Source: Octopus sinensis (Eukaryota). From it: a DNA stretch of 64,000 nt. Of the stretch, positions 36,575-47,916 are shown piece after piece. Positions within the stretch are counted from its first letter, which is position 1. The number at the start of each line of letters is the position of its first letter. The notes beneath the pieces were generated by a model, which worked only from the letters and a program-made list of their open reading frames with translations, ran no database searches and was not told where the DNA came from. Location: NCBI RefSeq assembly GCF_006345805.1, contig NW_021834001.1, forward strand, positions 13,836-77,835. Reading direction: 5' to 3'. The position numbers and the translations under genes were made by a program.

Positions 36575-36886
36575 GGTTACGACGGCGAGGGTCCCAGGTG
36601 ATATGATCAACGGAACAGCCTGCTCGTGAAAGTAATGTGCAAGTGGCTGAGCACTCCACAGACGCGTGTACCCTTAACATAGTTCTCGAGGAGATTCAGC
36701 ATGACACCGAATGTGACGAAGCTGGCCCTTTGAAATACAGGTACTACCCATTTTTGCCAGCTGAGTGAACTGGAGCAACGTGAAATAAAGTGTCTTGCTC
36801 AAGGACCCAACGCGTCGCCAGGAATTGAACTCACGACCTTACGATCGTGAGCCGAATGCCCTAACCACTAAGCCACTCGCCTTCAC
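36575..36886 (-). mobile_element. SINE, D head + CORE-like box + tail Y
   Basis: Close match to 26913-27252. Confidence 0.85.
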
Positions 36887-36887
36887 T

Positions 36888-36929
<42 letters not shown>

Positions 36930-37994
36930 TATATATACATATAAGAAAATAGAGAAGAAATGTAGTGGATATTTATTTTATTTTATTTGTATCACGATGA
37001 AAACCTCAAATAGCGTAATACAAATAAGATTTAAAGGAACAGAATCAACATAAGAAATAAGCATAAAAGATGTCTACACATGTTTCAATCCGGCTACCGG
37101 ATGAACACCGATTCGGATCATCCCGATTTCGAACCATGTTAAATGTAAAAGATCCCCCTCAGTATGACCTGATTTCATCGGGGCAAATCCTTACATATTA
37201 GTGGTAAACAACGAATGCAGTATGATGGGTGTGGACTGTATTTTCAAATATTCCAATAACATAAACAATTATTTGTTAGTAAAGATAGGACGCGGAGGTA
37301 GTTGTAGAGGGAGATATGATGTGATGAAATCTTACTATAATACTACGATATACTGTTATAGGTATTAAGAGACATAAAGTAGTCATTTAAGTAGAATATA
37401 GGCTGTTATGGATATTGAAGAAAAGGGAGAAATGAAACAAATAAGGGTATAGAGAGGAATAGATTTTTCAGGAGGAAAAATAACGAAATGGGAATAGCAT
37501 CAATATTGTAGTGGAGAAAGCTGCTTATTAGTTAGGTATGTAACAATTACTAAAAGTACTAAAAGAAAGCAATTATTAAAGAGTTGACCATCTGCAAATA
37601 TTTTTATAAATTCATGTTCTAAGAAGTTTCATATAATTTCGATTTCTCAAGTTTATTGGATTTTTTAAAACAATCTAAATATTCATTGCATTCACTGCGT
37701 CCAATGCTTCACAAATTTAATTATTCATTGCATTCACTCCGGAGTATTCCATTTTTATTTGTAAAGTCTCACTTTCTCTTTTAATGTTTTCATTTCAAGT
37801 TTTAATTCGCTATCTGGACAACCGACAGTATATTTGATTAATGTATACGTGATGTAAAAATGAATGAAATTCTTTTTGAAAAACCCGTATAATATTGTAA
37901 AAATAATTTAAAAGTGATTTTGTTCTTATGACTGTTTAGAACCCTATAAGCCTTGCAATAACTATCCTGACCGATTTTGGTCATTTTCTTTTTC

Positions 37995-38790
37995 AGCTTA
38001 AAAACCATATGCTTTTCGGTAAAAAAAATGAGAAAAACAAAACAAAATGTAAATATTTTCAGAGGAAAAGGTGAACAATTCAATGGAAGTTTTGCTGTTG
38101 TTTCTAGCACAATCCAAACCACTCTCACTTTTTATTCTCACATGTATTGATGTTTGTTTCAATATTTTTCTCCTACTGAACAGATTTTATGGAATGATGA
38201 TGCTGAAGTAACACAAGAAAAAAAAAATTGTAATCTAAATTTTTAACCCAACCTTCGCGCTTCAAACCGCGACCTGTTCACTGACAAAACTTCGTGCTGC
38301 ATCATTTTTGTGAAGTTTTGTCAGTGAACAGGTCGCGGTTTCAAAGCGACGAAAATATTTTGACACAAAAATGAAATTTAAATGTTGAAACTTACCAACA
38401 TCTTCCACGCTGCAATTGTTTTTGCTTCAGCACACGATCTCAGATCAAGTCGCTTGCTATGCAAATACATCTCCGTCATTTAAAAATATCCATGTGGATA
38501 AATGCCAGCAATGACCTTCTCATGGCTCTCCGATATTTTGATTTCTAAACAGAAACAATAGGGAGCAGTGAATGGGGTTGCAAAAATTCATAATTCCACA
38601 AATTTTCGTTTTTATAGTATATAAATGTATTTATGGGGGAAAATATTGAAAAGCATCAATACACGCGAGAGTGATTAAGAAACGATGAGGATTGTTTTGG
38701 GATGTGCTAGAAATAACAACCAAATCACTCTTAAATCACTCAGTTTTCCCTTTGAAAAAAATTTTTTTTTTTACCGAAAATGCTCTTCCC
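37995..38790. mobile_element. Foldback/MITE-like element with long imperfect inverted arms and a central perfect hairpin
   Basis: aaaaccat..ttttcggtaaaa..tttctagcaca..tgtattgatg..caatattt (37995-38170) mirrors 38637-38790; perfect 30-bp arms at 38264-38293 and 38312-38341. Confidence 0.6.
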
Positions 38791-38968
38791 ATGGTTTTGA
38801 AGTGCAAGTCGATTACAACGAGCCCCGTGCTCAACTAGTACTTACTTATTTGACCGCGAAAGGAAGAAGTCGACCTCGGTGGAATTTGAACTTAGAACGC
38901 GCACACAGACTGAATGCCGCTAAGCATTTTGCACAGCGGGTTAACGATTCTGCCGGCTCACCGCCTTA
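38790..38968 (-). mobile_element. SINE family A2, diverged
   Basis: aagtcgattacaacg..gtcgacctcggtggaatttgaactt..gccgctaagcatttt..ctcaccgcc. Confidence 0.75.
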
Positions 38969-39164
38969 GTGTATGCTCGGGTATTGCTTTTGTTATTTCT
39001 CTGGTTTCGTTCCTTGCTTGGATCTTACGGAAATTTAATTTTTTACTTATTTTACGTATAACTTTGGTTATTATTATCTACTTATTATTTGTTGAACTGT
39101 ATTTTTTCTGTATACTATATTTTTCCTATATTCATATTGTTTCCTATATTCACAGTCATACAGG

Positions 39165-39350
39165 TTTCAAATTTTGGGACAAGGCTAGAAATTTCGAGGA
39201 AGAGGATAAGCCGATTACATTGACCACAGTACTAAACTCGTACTTATTTTATCGACTCCAAAAATCTAAAAGGCAAAGTAGACGGAATTTGAACTCGGTG
39301 GAATTTGAACTCAGAACGTAAGGATAGACGAAATGCCACCTCGCCGCCTT
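39165..39350 (-). mobile_element. SINE family A2, diverged
   Basis: ttttgggacaaggc..acttattttatcgactcc..ggaatttgaactcagaacgtaagg..cgccgcc. Confidence 0.7.
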
Positions 39351-39480
39351 CAGATTGACAGTTATATGTACCTACTCATATATTTTGTGCTTCAATTTAC
39401 ATAATGTGCCTGTGCGTCTGTGTGTGTATCTATAAATAGAATACGTGTACACTTTTTTGTTGATCTTACCATCACGGTAC

Positions 39481-39517
<37 letters not shown>

Positions 39518-39893
39518 ATGGGGGGGGTCTGTGTGTGTGTGTGTGTATGTATGCATGTATGTATATCGTGGCTCTTTTAAGAGTTGACATCCTGCCCGCC
39601 CGAGTATTAATAACTTTATTATACTGTAGAGTATTTCCCTTTGATCTGACAGCCATACTGCCCTGTAACCCGATAAATAGTAGACAAGACAGTTTCTTGT
39701 CAAATATTTGAAATCGACCTGCGAACTTATGCACTTATTCTTTATTACTTCCTATTTCTTATTCTCTTTGCATTTTTATCATTTATTTACTCACACATAC
39801 ACACACACATACACACACATACACATACATGTATACACATATATGTACATATACAAACATACATATGTATATCGATCTATCTATCTATGTATC

Positions 39894-39929
<36 letters not shown>

Positions 39930-39956
39930 CTATAGATATACATATGTGTATTTATA

Positions 39957-40175
39957 TACGATGTAGTGCCGAAAGTTCATGGCTTTAAGGGTGGCGTGAA
40001 AAGCTTGGCTGGAGACCCAATCCTCTGAGTTCTTTTACAGGGTTTAGAAAAACTGAAGGATCATTGCAATATGTGTGTGAATCTGAGAGGGGAATGCGTT
40101 GAATAAAATCATGATTAACTGATTCTCCTGTATTTTCTTTTATCCAAAACCAGAAACTTTCAGTACCTCATCGTA
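39957..40175 (+). mobile_element. Mariner-derived MITE at a TA site
   Basis: Imperfect ~28-bp TIRs (ta-cgatgtagtgccgaaagttcatggcttt / aaaaccagaaactttcagtacctcatcg-ta); internal frame LQGLEKLKDHCNMCVNLRGECVE* resembles the mariner transposase C-terminus. Confidence 0.75.
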
Positions 40176-40199
40176 TATATAATATATATATATATATAT

Positions 40200-40311
<112 letters not shown>

Positions 40312-40321
40312 GTATATATAT

Positions 40322-40760
40322 CTCAGAGAGCCGAGAGTGCATCCTAAGTAACTGCCTAATACTATTGGCCAAAAAAAACGCCAGTGCTGTTTTCCTGAAG
40401 GTATAGGGGATAGAATCTGCGATGCTTGTAGCCAGTGATGACATATATCGCTTTTGACAAAGCAAGACGATGGCTGCTAGTACCGATAAAATATTGGCAA
40501 GACAGCTGAAGTTCATCAAAACTGTTACCTCAATATCACAAAGGTCAAATTGGTAATGATGTTGGAGATGTCGAAACAGGTTATTCCGTTAGTACTCCTC
40601 TTTTCCTGGAAAAAAAGTCGAGGAAGTGCTTCAGCAGAAAAGATCAACAGGTGTAGGGTTCGTGGATTTATGTGAAAACATTGAACGGTGAGCAAAGAGT
40701 GATCTCAGTGAGGTGAAACAAAGAGGGTTTGCAAGCCAGTTCCTCTACAGAGCACACAAT
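40322..40760 (+). mobile_element. Decayed RLE domain of a HERO/R2-group non-LTR retrotransposon
   Basis: CILSNC (from 40338), LARQLKF (40494-40514), KLVMMLEMS (from 40547), RCRVRGF (40649-40669) approximate the HILSxC / DLxRQLxFP / ELTVPW / EVGCRGF series; frameshifted. Confidence 0.5.
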
Positions 40761-41664
40761 ATAGGGAAGAACCATAGGGGCAGAAATGCGGAAAGCCATC
40801 AATATGCGTATAGAGGTTGCAGAGATTTCTTCCAGGGTCATGCATGGTTGTTACCATCTGGATGGACACAAGTTGGCTTTCAACAATCTCACCCTCTCAC
40901 TTGGTGTGAAAGAGTGACATTATACAGGTATATCAAATACAATATACATTCTAAACTTTGTTAAAATTATTTCCACCTCTAGGGGATATGTTACACTTAC
41001 CATATCTTAATCGAGAAAATCTGCGCTTGAGAAAGGTTTATAACTAAACAATCAAGAATTCTCCAAAGCTGGCAAGCTATTAAGGAAACGTATAGGCATA
41101 TTGTCTGGATATAAGAGGACATTTGTGAGACATGTTTCTGCGTCATGTGGCGTTATCAGCACAACACTTGTTCTATGCAATTTGAAGTAAACAAAGAGCT
41201 CAGACTTTCACAAAACCCGTGAACAAATTTTAGGCAAGTCATTTGCATATATGACATTTATAAACTTTGCTCAAATGTCATTGGTCAACCTATGGTTACA
41301 GAACACAGACGGTTATAGTACTGTAGACTTTCTTATCTTGTAGAGAAATCAAAACGCCACTTGATCTACAAGAGTCTTTCCTGAACAGTAGCTACTTTCA
41401 TGCATAATATTGACATTATCATTTGTTATGGCAGTATATACTTTACCAAATTCTAAGCCTGTAGGAGCAAGTCCCTTTCAATGGAGGTGTAGAGCCTCAT
41501 TATATTATACTGAGGTGGAATAAATCTGCAGTAAATTTGTTTCCGATATTGTTGAATTATTAGATGGCAGAGATAACTACAATGGATAGATGTCCATTTA
41601 TTATCTATGCCCAAACATTTCTTTCTATAATTGTTATTCCGTATACATTCTCCATGCAAACATA

Positions 41665-41992
<328 letters not shown>

Positions 41993-42390
41993 TCCTCTAA
42001 ACATATACTTTTTCATGTTTTTTACTATTCAATTTTTAAAAATTTCTATTTACCATATTTTTCGATTTATACGTTTCTTTACATTTTCTTTTTATGTATA
42101 TCAACGTCTTATAGAACATAGTTGCAGCCTTATCAATTGAGAGATGCTGTTCATGCTTTTAGGTGCTGTGTCTATATACTTTCTGCGACGATTTATTTTG
42201 CGTACAATCATTACGAGTGATCGTTCCTCACAATGCTAAAATGGTTGAAACGATATCTTTGAAAAGTAAGAACAAAGCATTCACCTATTACTACTACTAC
42301 TGGTGATGGCGATGTTGGTGATGATAATGCTGTTAATGATGACAATTATATATACATACATATACATATCTATAATCATTACAATATCTA

Positions 42391-42613
42391 GCGAACTGGC
42401 AGAATCGTTAGCAAGCCGGGCGAAATGCTTAGCGGTATTTCGTCTGCTGCTACGTTCTGAGTTCAAATTCCGCCGAGGTCGACTTTGCCTTTCATCCTTT
42501 CGAGGTCGATTAAATAAGTACCAGTTACGCACTGGTCGATATAATCGACTTAATCCGTTTGTCTGTCCTTGTTTGTCCCCTCTATGTTTAGCCCCTTGTT
42601 GGTAGTAAAGAAA
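42391..42613 (+). mobile_element. SINE family A1
   Basis: gcgaactggcagaatcgttagc..gagttcaaattccgccgaggtcg..gtagtaaagaaa. Confidence 0.9.
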
Positions 42614-42623
42614 TATATTATTT

Positions 42624-42870
42624 ATCTTTTATGGCTTACTTGTTTCAGACAGTGGACCGTAGCCATGCTAGGGTACCGCTTTGAAGGGTTTTAGTGAAAA
42701 AAATCGACTGCACTTCTTACTTTTAAAAGTCTGGTACTTATTCTATCAGTCTCTTTAACCGAACCACTAAAATACGTAGACGTAACCAAATAAACAAACA
42801 TCAGTTGTCAAGCGATGTGAGAATGGACCCAAACACAAAGACACAAACATACACACACACATACACACAC
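42624..42870 (-). mobile_element. SINE family B 3' half, diverged
   Basis: ttacttgtttcag..gccatgctagggtaccgc..tacttattctatcagtctc..gttgtcaagc. Confidence 0.65.
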
Positions 42871-43084
42871 ACACGTACACACACATTTTTAATCCCGCCA
42901 AACTTATGAGGAAATGATTATCGCCCTTGTAATGGCCGTGACCACAAAGGGAATTACATGTGCTTGACAACGGTATGTTTCCGAGGATTAATAATTTCTT
43001 ATTTAAAAAGAGAAGAAGGGAAATCTTATTACCTTAACTAAAGTTTAAGACATTAAAACCACCACAGAGCCATATGTTTGTTTG

Positions 43085-43482
43085 TTTGTTACGTGTTTCA
43101 GTCATTTTGACTGCGGCCATGCTGGAGCACCGCCTTTAATCGAGCAACTCGACCCCGGAACTTATTCTTTGTAAGCCCAGTACTTATTCTATCGGTCTCT
43201 TTTGCCGAACCGCTAAGTTACGGGGACATAAACACACCAGCATCAGTTGTCAAGCAATGCTAGGGGGATAAACACAGACACACAAACATACACGCACATA
43301 CATATATATACATATATACGACGGGCCTCTTTCAGTTTCCGTCTACCAAGTCCACTCACAAGGCTTTGGTCGGCCCGAGGCTATATTAGAAGACACTTGT
43401 CCAAGGTGCCACGCAGTGGGACTGAACCCGGAACCATGTGGTTGGTAAACAAGCTACTTACCACACAGCCACTCCTGCGCCT
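43085..43482 (-). mobile_element. SINE family B, full length
   Basis: Reverse complement of the complete B consensus. Confidence 0.9.
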
Positions 43483-43484
43483 AT

Positions 43485-43860
43485 CATTGCAATCATTTGC
43501 GAAGTGTCACATTACAACCACATCGTAGTTTGTATCGTTACAATCACAGCATAGCTGTATCACTTCAATCATTGCTGGGCTGTTTCATTGCAATTGACAC
43601 AGTATTGTGTCATCACAGGTACCACGGCAATCTCATCTGAATTACCTATGCTGTCTCATTACAACCACCGCATATCCGTGCCATTAAAAACACTACTGAG
43701 GTGTTTCATTACAGTTACTCGTAGCTCTTTTTCAATACACCCAGCATTGAATTGAGCTTTGTCATGAGATCCACTGCAAATACTATTGGCGGTATCATAA
43801 TCAATTAAAGATATCACTGCAACCACCGACAAAGTGTTTCATTATAACCAATGCACTTTC
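43485..43860. repeat. Degenerate ~23-24-bp minisatellite (core gtgtntcattacaaccac)
   Basis: Recurring cattacaacc / gtttcattac / tcactgcaacc at roughly 24-nt spacing. Confidence 0.5.
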
Positions 43861-44110
43861 ATGTTGCGCAGATTTTTATACGTATTAAGCTTCAAAAGTA
43901 TTTTCCTGTATATTTTTTTCATAATATGAATATTTAAAGTACTTAAGGAATTTGTCTGTCTCTTTTCACATTTAATTATTTTATAAGTTTTTTTTACTTA
44001 TTTATCAGTTGATTAAAGAATCATTGGGCAATGTGATCTGATAAGGTTATAGATATTACATAAACTATAACAATATATATAACTACACCTATAATACAAT
44101 ACATATTATA

Positions 44111-44264
44111 GGTGTAGGAGTGGCTTTGTGGTAAGTAGTTTGCTTACGAATCATATCGTTCCCACTGCGTGGCACCTTGAGCAAGTGTCTTCTATTGCCG
44201 TCTCAGGCCGACTAAAGCCTTGTGAGTGGATTTGGTAGACGGAAACTGAAAGAAGCCCGTCGTA

Positions 44265-44319
<55 letters not shown>

Positions 44320-44520
44320 TATATATATGGCCTGCTCGCTTAGCCAGCGGGGTGGCGTCATTCGAAAGCTAAAACAATGCGAACGCATTGTGAGCAGCGA
44401 TGTGTAGCAACATCTGATAGTCTGGTCGGTCACGTGATCACGTGATATATATATGTATGTATGTGTGTGTATATGTTTGTGTGTGTTTGTCCCTCCCCAA
44501 CACGCAGACGATTTACCAGT
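44111..44520 (+). mobile_element. SINE family B with a 117-bp structured insert in its microsatellite
   Basis: 5' half 44111-44265 matches B; insert 44329-44445; tgtttgtccctcccc resumes B. Confidence 0.75.
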
Positions 44521-44662
44521 ATAATTTGATTAAGGGTATTCTGAGAAAACAGAGGCTAATTTCAGAGCATAAAATATCTCATACATACATACATACATAC
44601 ATACATACATACATACATACCTATGTGTGTATATGTATATATACTTACGCACATACATACAC

Positions 44663-44754
<92 letters not shown>

Positions 44755-44849
44755 CATATTTACGTGCATGAATACACATAACCCCCACGCAGACACACAC
44801 CTACATACATGCATACACGCAAACATACACACACACACGCACATACATA

Positions 44850-45005
44850 TTTTCTCTCCTTGTTTCGTTCTGTGTTCCTTTTGTGGAAGAGCGTAGATCG
44901 AAACGTTAAAGACTTTTTTTCACTTTCCGAGCGTTATACTAATACATCTGTTTGCTGTCAACACCATCTGTCTTCGACATTTTTCTTTGTGAATTCTTCC
45001 CCTAT
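44850..45005 (+). mobile_element. Family P3 copy with decayed hammerhead-like motif
   Basis: Matches 31740-31915. Confidence 0.6.
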
Positions 45006-45770
45006 ATATTTATATACTACAACAAGCACACGCATACATATAAACACACGTTTAGTGTTGACTGTCAGAAGAAAAATAATCAATAAAATAGTCGTGGTTT
45101 ATTAATATATTTTATTTTGTCTAGGTGAATTGACCTTGTCCTTCATTCTTGTAAAGTGGAAAGTGTTTGTGGATTGACAGTTTGCACGGATCGCTGACTT
45201 CGGTATTGTTTGGTTTTCTTTGTGAGTAACCTAATTAGTCTTGGATAATGATTAAAGAAATCGTGTCTAACTGTGAGATTGTGCGGCATATGTGTGTGCA
45301 TGTGCGCGCGCGCGTGTGTGTGTGTGTGTGTGTGGTGTGTGCCTGCGGATATGTGTGCACGTACGTATCTATATGCGTATGTGAACTCGTAAGTCTTTTG
45401 ACAACTTATAGAAATTGTCCATAACATCTGTTGATATTTTGGCTTGAAAAGATGCCATACTCACAGCAAGACAAACAAAGCGAATAGTAATAAACACTTA
45501 TAAGTAAGAATAAGAACGAAACAAATGAAGACAATAAGAATTCAAATGTTGCAAGATGGTATTCTTGAAATTAAATTTCTAAACAAGTATCATTCCAGAT
45601 TCTTCCGAACATAAAACCATTCTTCGTTGTCTGCAATTATCCTGTCAGTCCTTCGGAAAAAAAAATATGTCCTATATATATAACTTCTTTACAAATACTT
45701 TTTACATCTAGTTGCTGACCTGATTCACCATCGCACTGTCTCCCTCTTTCTCCAATATCACCATAAATAA

Positions 45771-46072
45771 ACCCACTTCGGTCATGAATGACCATGGTAT
45801 TGCACCAAAAAGTTACCCTCCTAGACACAAGTTTGGGCAAGGTTGTTTATGGAAGGCCAGCAGTAGCCACCAATATTATCTCCATGCCACCAATGTTATC
45901 CAAGAGAAAGGCATAGACTGATAAAACTTGGCACCAGTGACGTCGCAACTCATTTCTACAGCTGAGTGAACTGTCTTGCTCAAGATCACAACACACGGCC
46001 CTGTTCGGGAATCAATCTCACTACCTCATGATTGTGAGCCTGACGTTCTAACCACTGAGCCATACACCTTCA
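45771..46072 (-). mobile_element. SINE, D head + tail Z
   Basis: Tail matches 18128-18330 and 31445-31640; TSD caatatc(a/t)ccata at 45753 and 46073. Confidence 0.8.
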
Positions 46073-46593
46073 CAATATCTCCATATACAGTTGTTCTATA
46101 ACTTCTACTGACTTGCATGAATATTCGCGATCTCTTTAAATGCTTGGTAACTGATTTTAAAATGTTATTATTGTTCTAGTGACGTTTTTTTCATTTCAAA
46201 CTCTCCATTAATCTACATATATCACCGCCCGAGAGATTAATTCGTAAATGAAGTGTGTGTATAGATAATTTAATATAAATGTTGTGAAAATATATGATTA
46301 TCAGGTATACATAAACAAATAAGATTTGAAATAAGTTGTCCATGGCATGAAAAATAGCGATATTAACAAGAACCAAGAGCAATATATATATTATATATTA
46401 TATATATATATAATATATATATATATAATAAATAGGGTTCAGCAAAGATTTGCTTTACCACATACCTAAGTTTATAGATAGCAGCCAAAAACCGTTAGAT
46501 ATTTCTTCAACTTTAAAAAGGGACTCCAGAAAAATCAAAATACTTGTTTTCAAGTATTTTATTTTTCTGGGAGTCCCTATATATATATATGTT

Positions 46594-46654
46594 AAAGGCG
46601 GTGCTCCAGCATGGCCGCAGTCAAATGACTGAAACAAGTAAAAGAGTAAAAGAG
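46594..46654 (+). mobile_element. Isolated SINE-B 3' tail
   Basis: aaaggcggtgctccagcatggccgcagtcaaatgactgaaacaagtaaaagagtaaaagag. Confidence 0.8.
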
Positions 46655-46664
46655 TATATATATG

Positions 46665-46752
<88 letters not shown>

Positions 46753-47545
46753 TATATAAATATACGTATCTACGTATAAGCTCTGATAGAGTAAGGGAGA
46801 TAATTTCCAGGATCTAGAAAACATGCCAGAAAAGGAATAGGTTGATTTTCAAAAGCCACATATAGACTGATGATGTCCTCAATTAGCATACTGAAATTAT
46901 TATCTACACTTCGTACTACAGCCCATATTCATAGTGCAGTCTACTATTTTCTACAGGTCATTAACAAGATTTGTCTATTGAAATACAAAAGAATCTAAAA
47001 TGTAAACAAAAACTTTGAGTATATTCTCGGTTAAATTTAAACTAAAACTAAAAATAGCTACGGGAAATAACAAATTTATACAGGTTAATGTCATGAGTAT
47101 GTTAAAGAATGATTATTCACAATATAATCTTACTCTATTGATAGTTCCTTCTGAATGTAAATAAAATCTTCTCGGAAAATGCTAATGAATCACAACGAGG
47201 AAGGGAGATAATTCCAAGAAAGTAAGAACGAATTACATGTATTAAATGTTTAAGGAAAAGACAGCCTGACCTCTGAGTACAGGAGAAGGGGAAATACGGA
47301 TTTTGCTGGCGAAGCAAAATTGTATTTCGGTCAGCTTGACATCACTACCGTAGTACAATCTTGTAAACCCTGTTTATAACGACATATTCCCCTTCACACA
47401 CACACATACATACACACATACACACACGCGCGCTGACGCACACACATACGTAGGTACATTCATCTGTTCGACAGTGCATTGTCCTATGCTCATGAGATAC
47501 AAAGTATGTATCAGTGTATATATATATTTTTTTTTCTCTTTTTTC

Positions 47546-47591
47546 TCTAGTTTCAGCTCAAAGCTGCGGCCATGCTGATGCACCGCCATTG
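47546..47591 (-). mobile_element. Isolated 3' tail of the CR1/L2-type LINE (or a related SINE)
   Basis: Minus strand caatggcggtgcatcagcatggccgcagctttgagctgaaactag, closer to the LINE end at 13812-13856 than to SINE-B. Confidence 0.7.
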
Positions 47592-47708
47592 ATATATATA
47601 TATATAAATACATATACATGCACGTATATATATATAGACACATACATATACATACGCGTATATATATACATATATATATATATTATTATATACACACATA
47701 CGCATATG

Positions 47709-47750
<42 letters not shown>

Positions 47751-47797
47751 AACGCATATGTATGTATATATATATAATATATACACAAACGCATATG

Positions 47798-47841
<44 letters not shown>

Positions 47842-47867
47842 GTTTCTTTCTCCCCCCTCTCTCTCTC

Positions 47868-47916
<49 letters not shown>

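Noticed and set aside
37072-37115. Minus-strand AUCCGG(UAG)CCGGAU-U-GAAACAUGU as a hammerhead
   Set aside because: Stem II and palindromic stem III are present, but the CUGANGA core and stem I 5' strand are unrecognisable; at best a decayed relic.
40995-41046. Minus-strand ATG|GTAAGT as a first coding exon
   Set aside because: No compatible downstream phase-0 exon could be identified; such motifs are frequent by chance.
46867-46897. ctgatga..gaaa (and ctgacga..gaaag at 34451-34470)
   Set aside because: No stem II or NUH/stem I pairing; chance matches.
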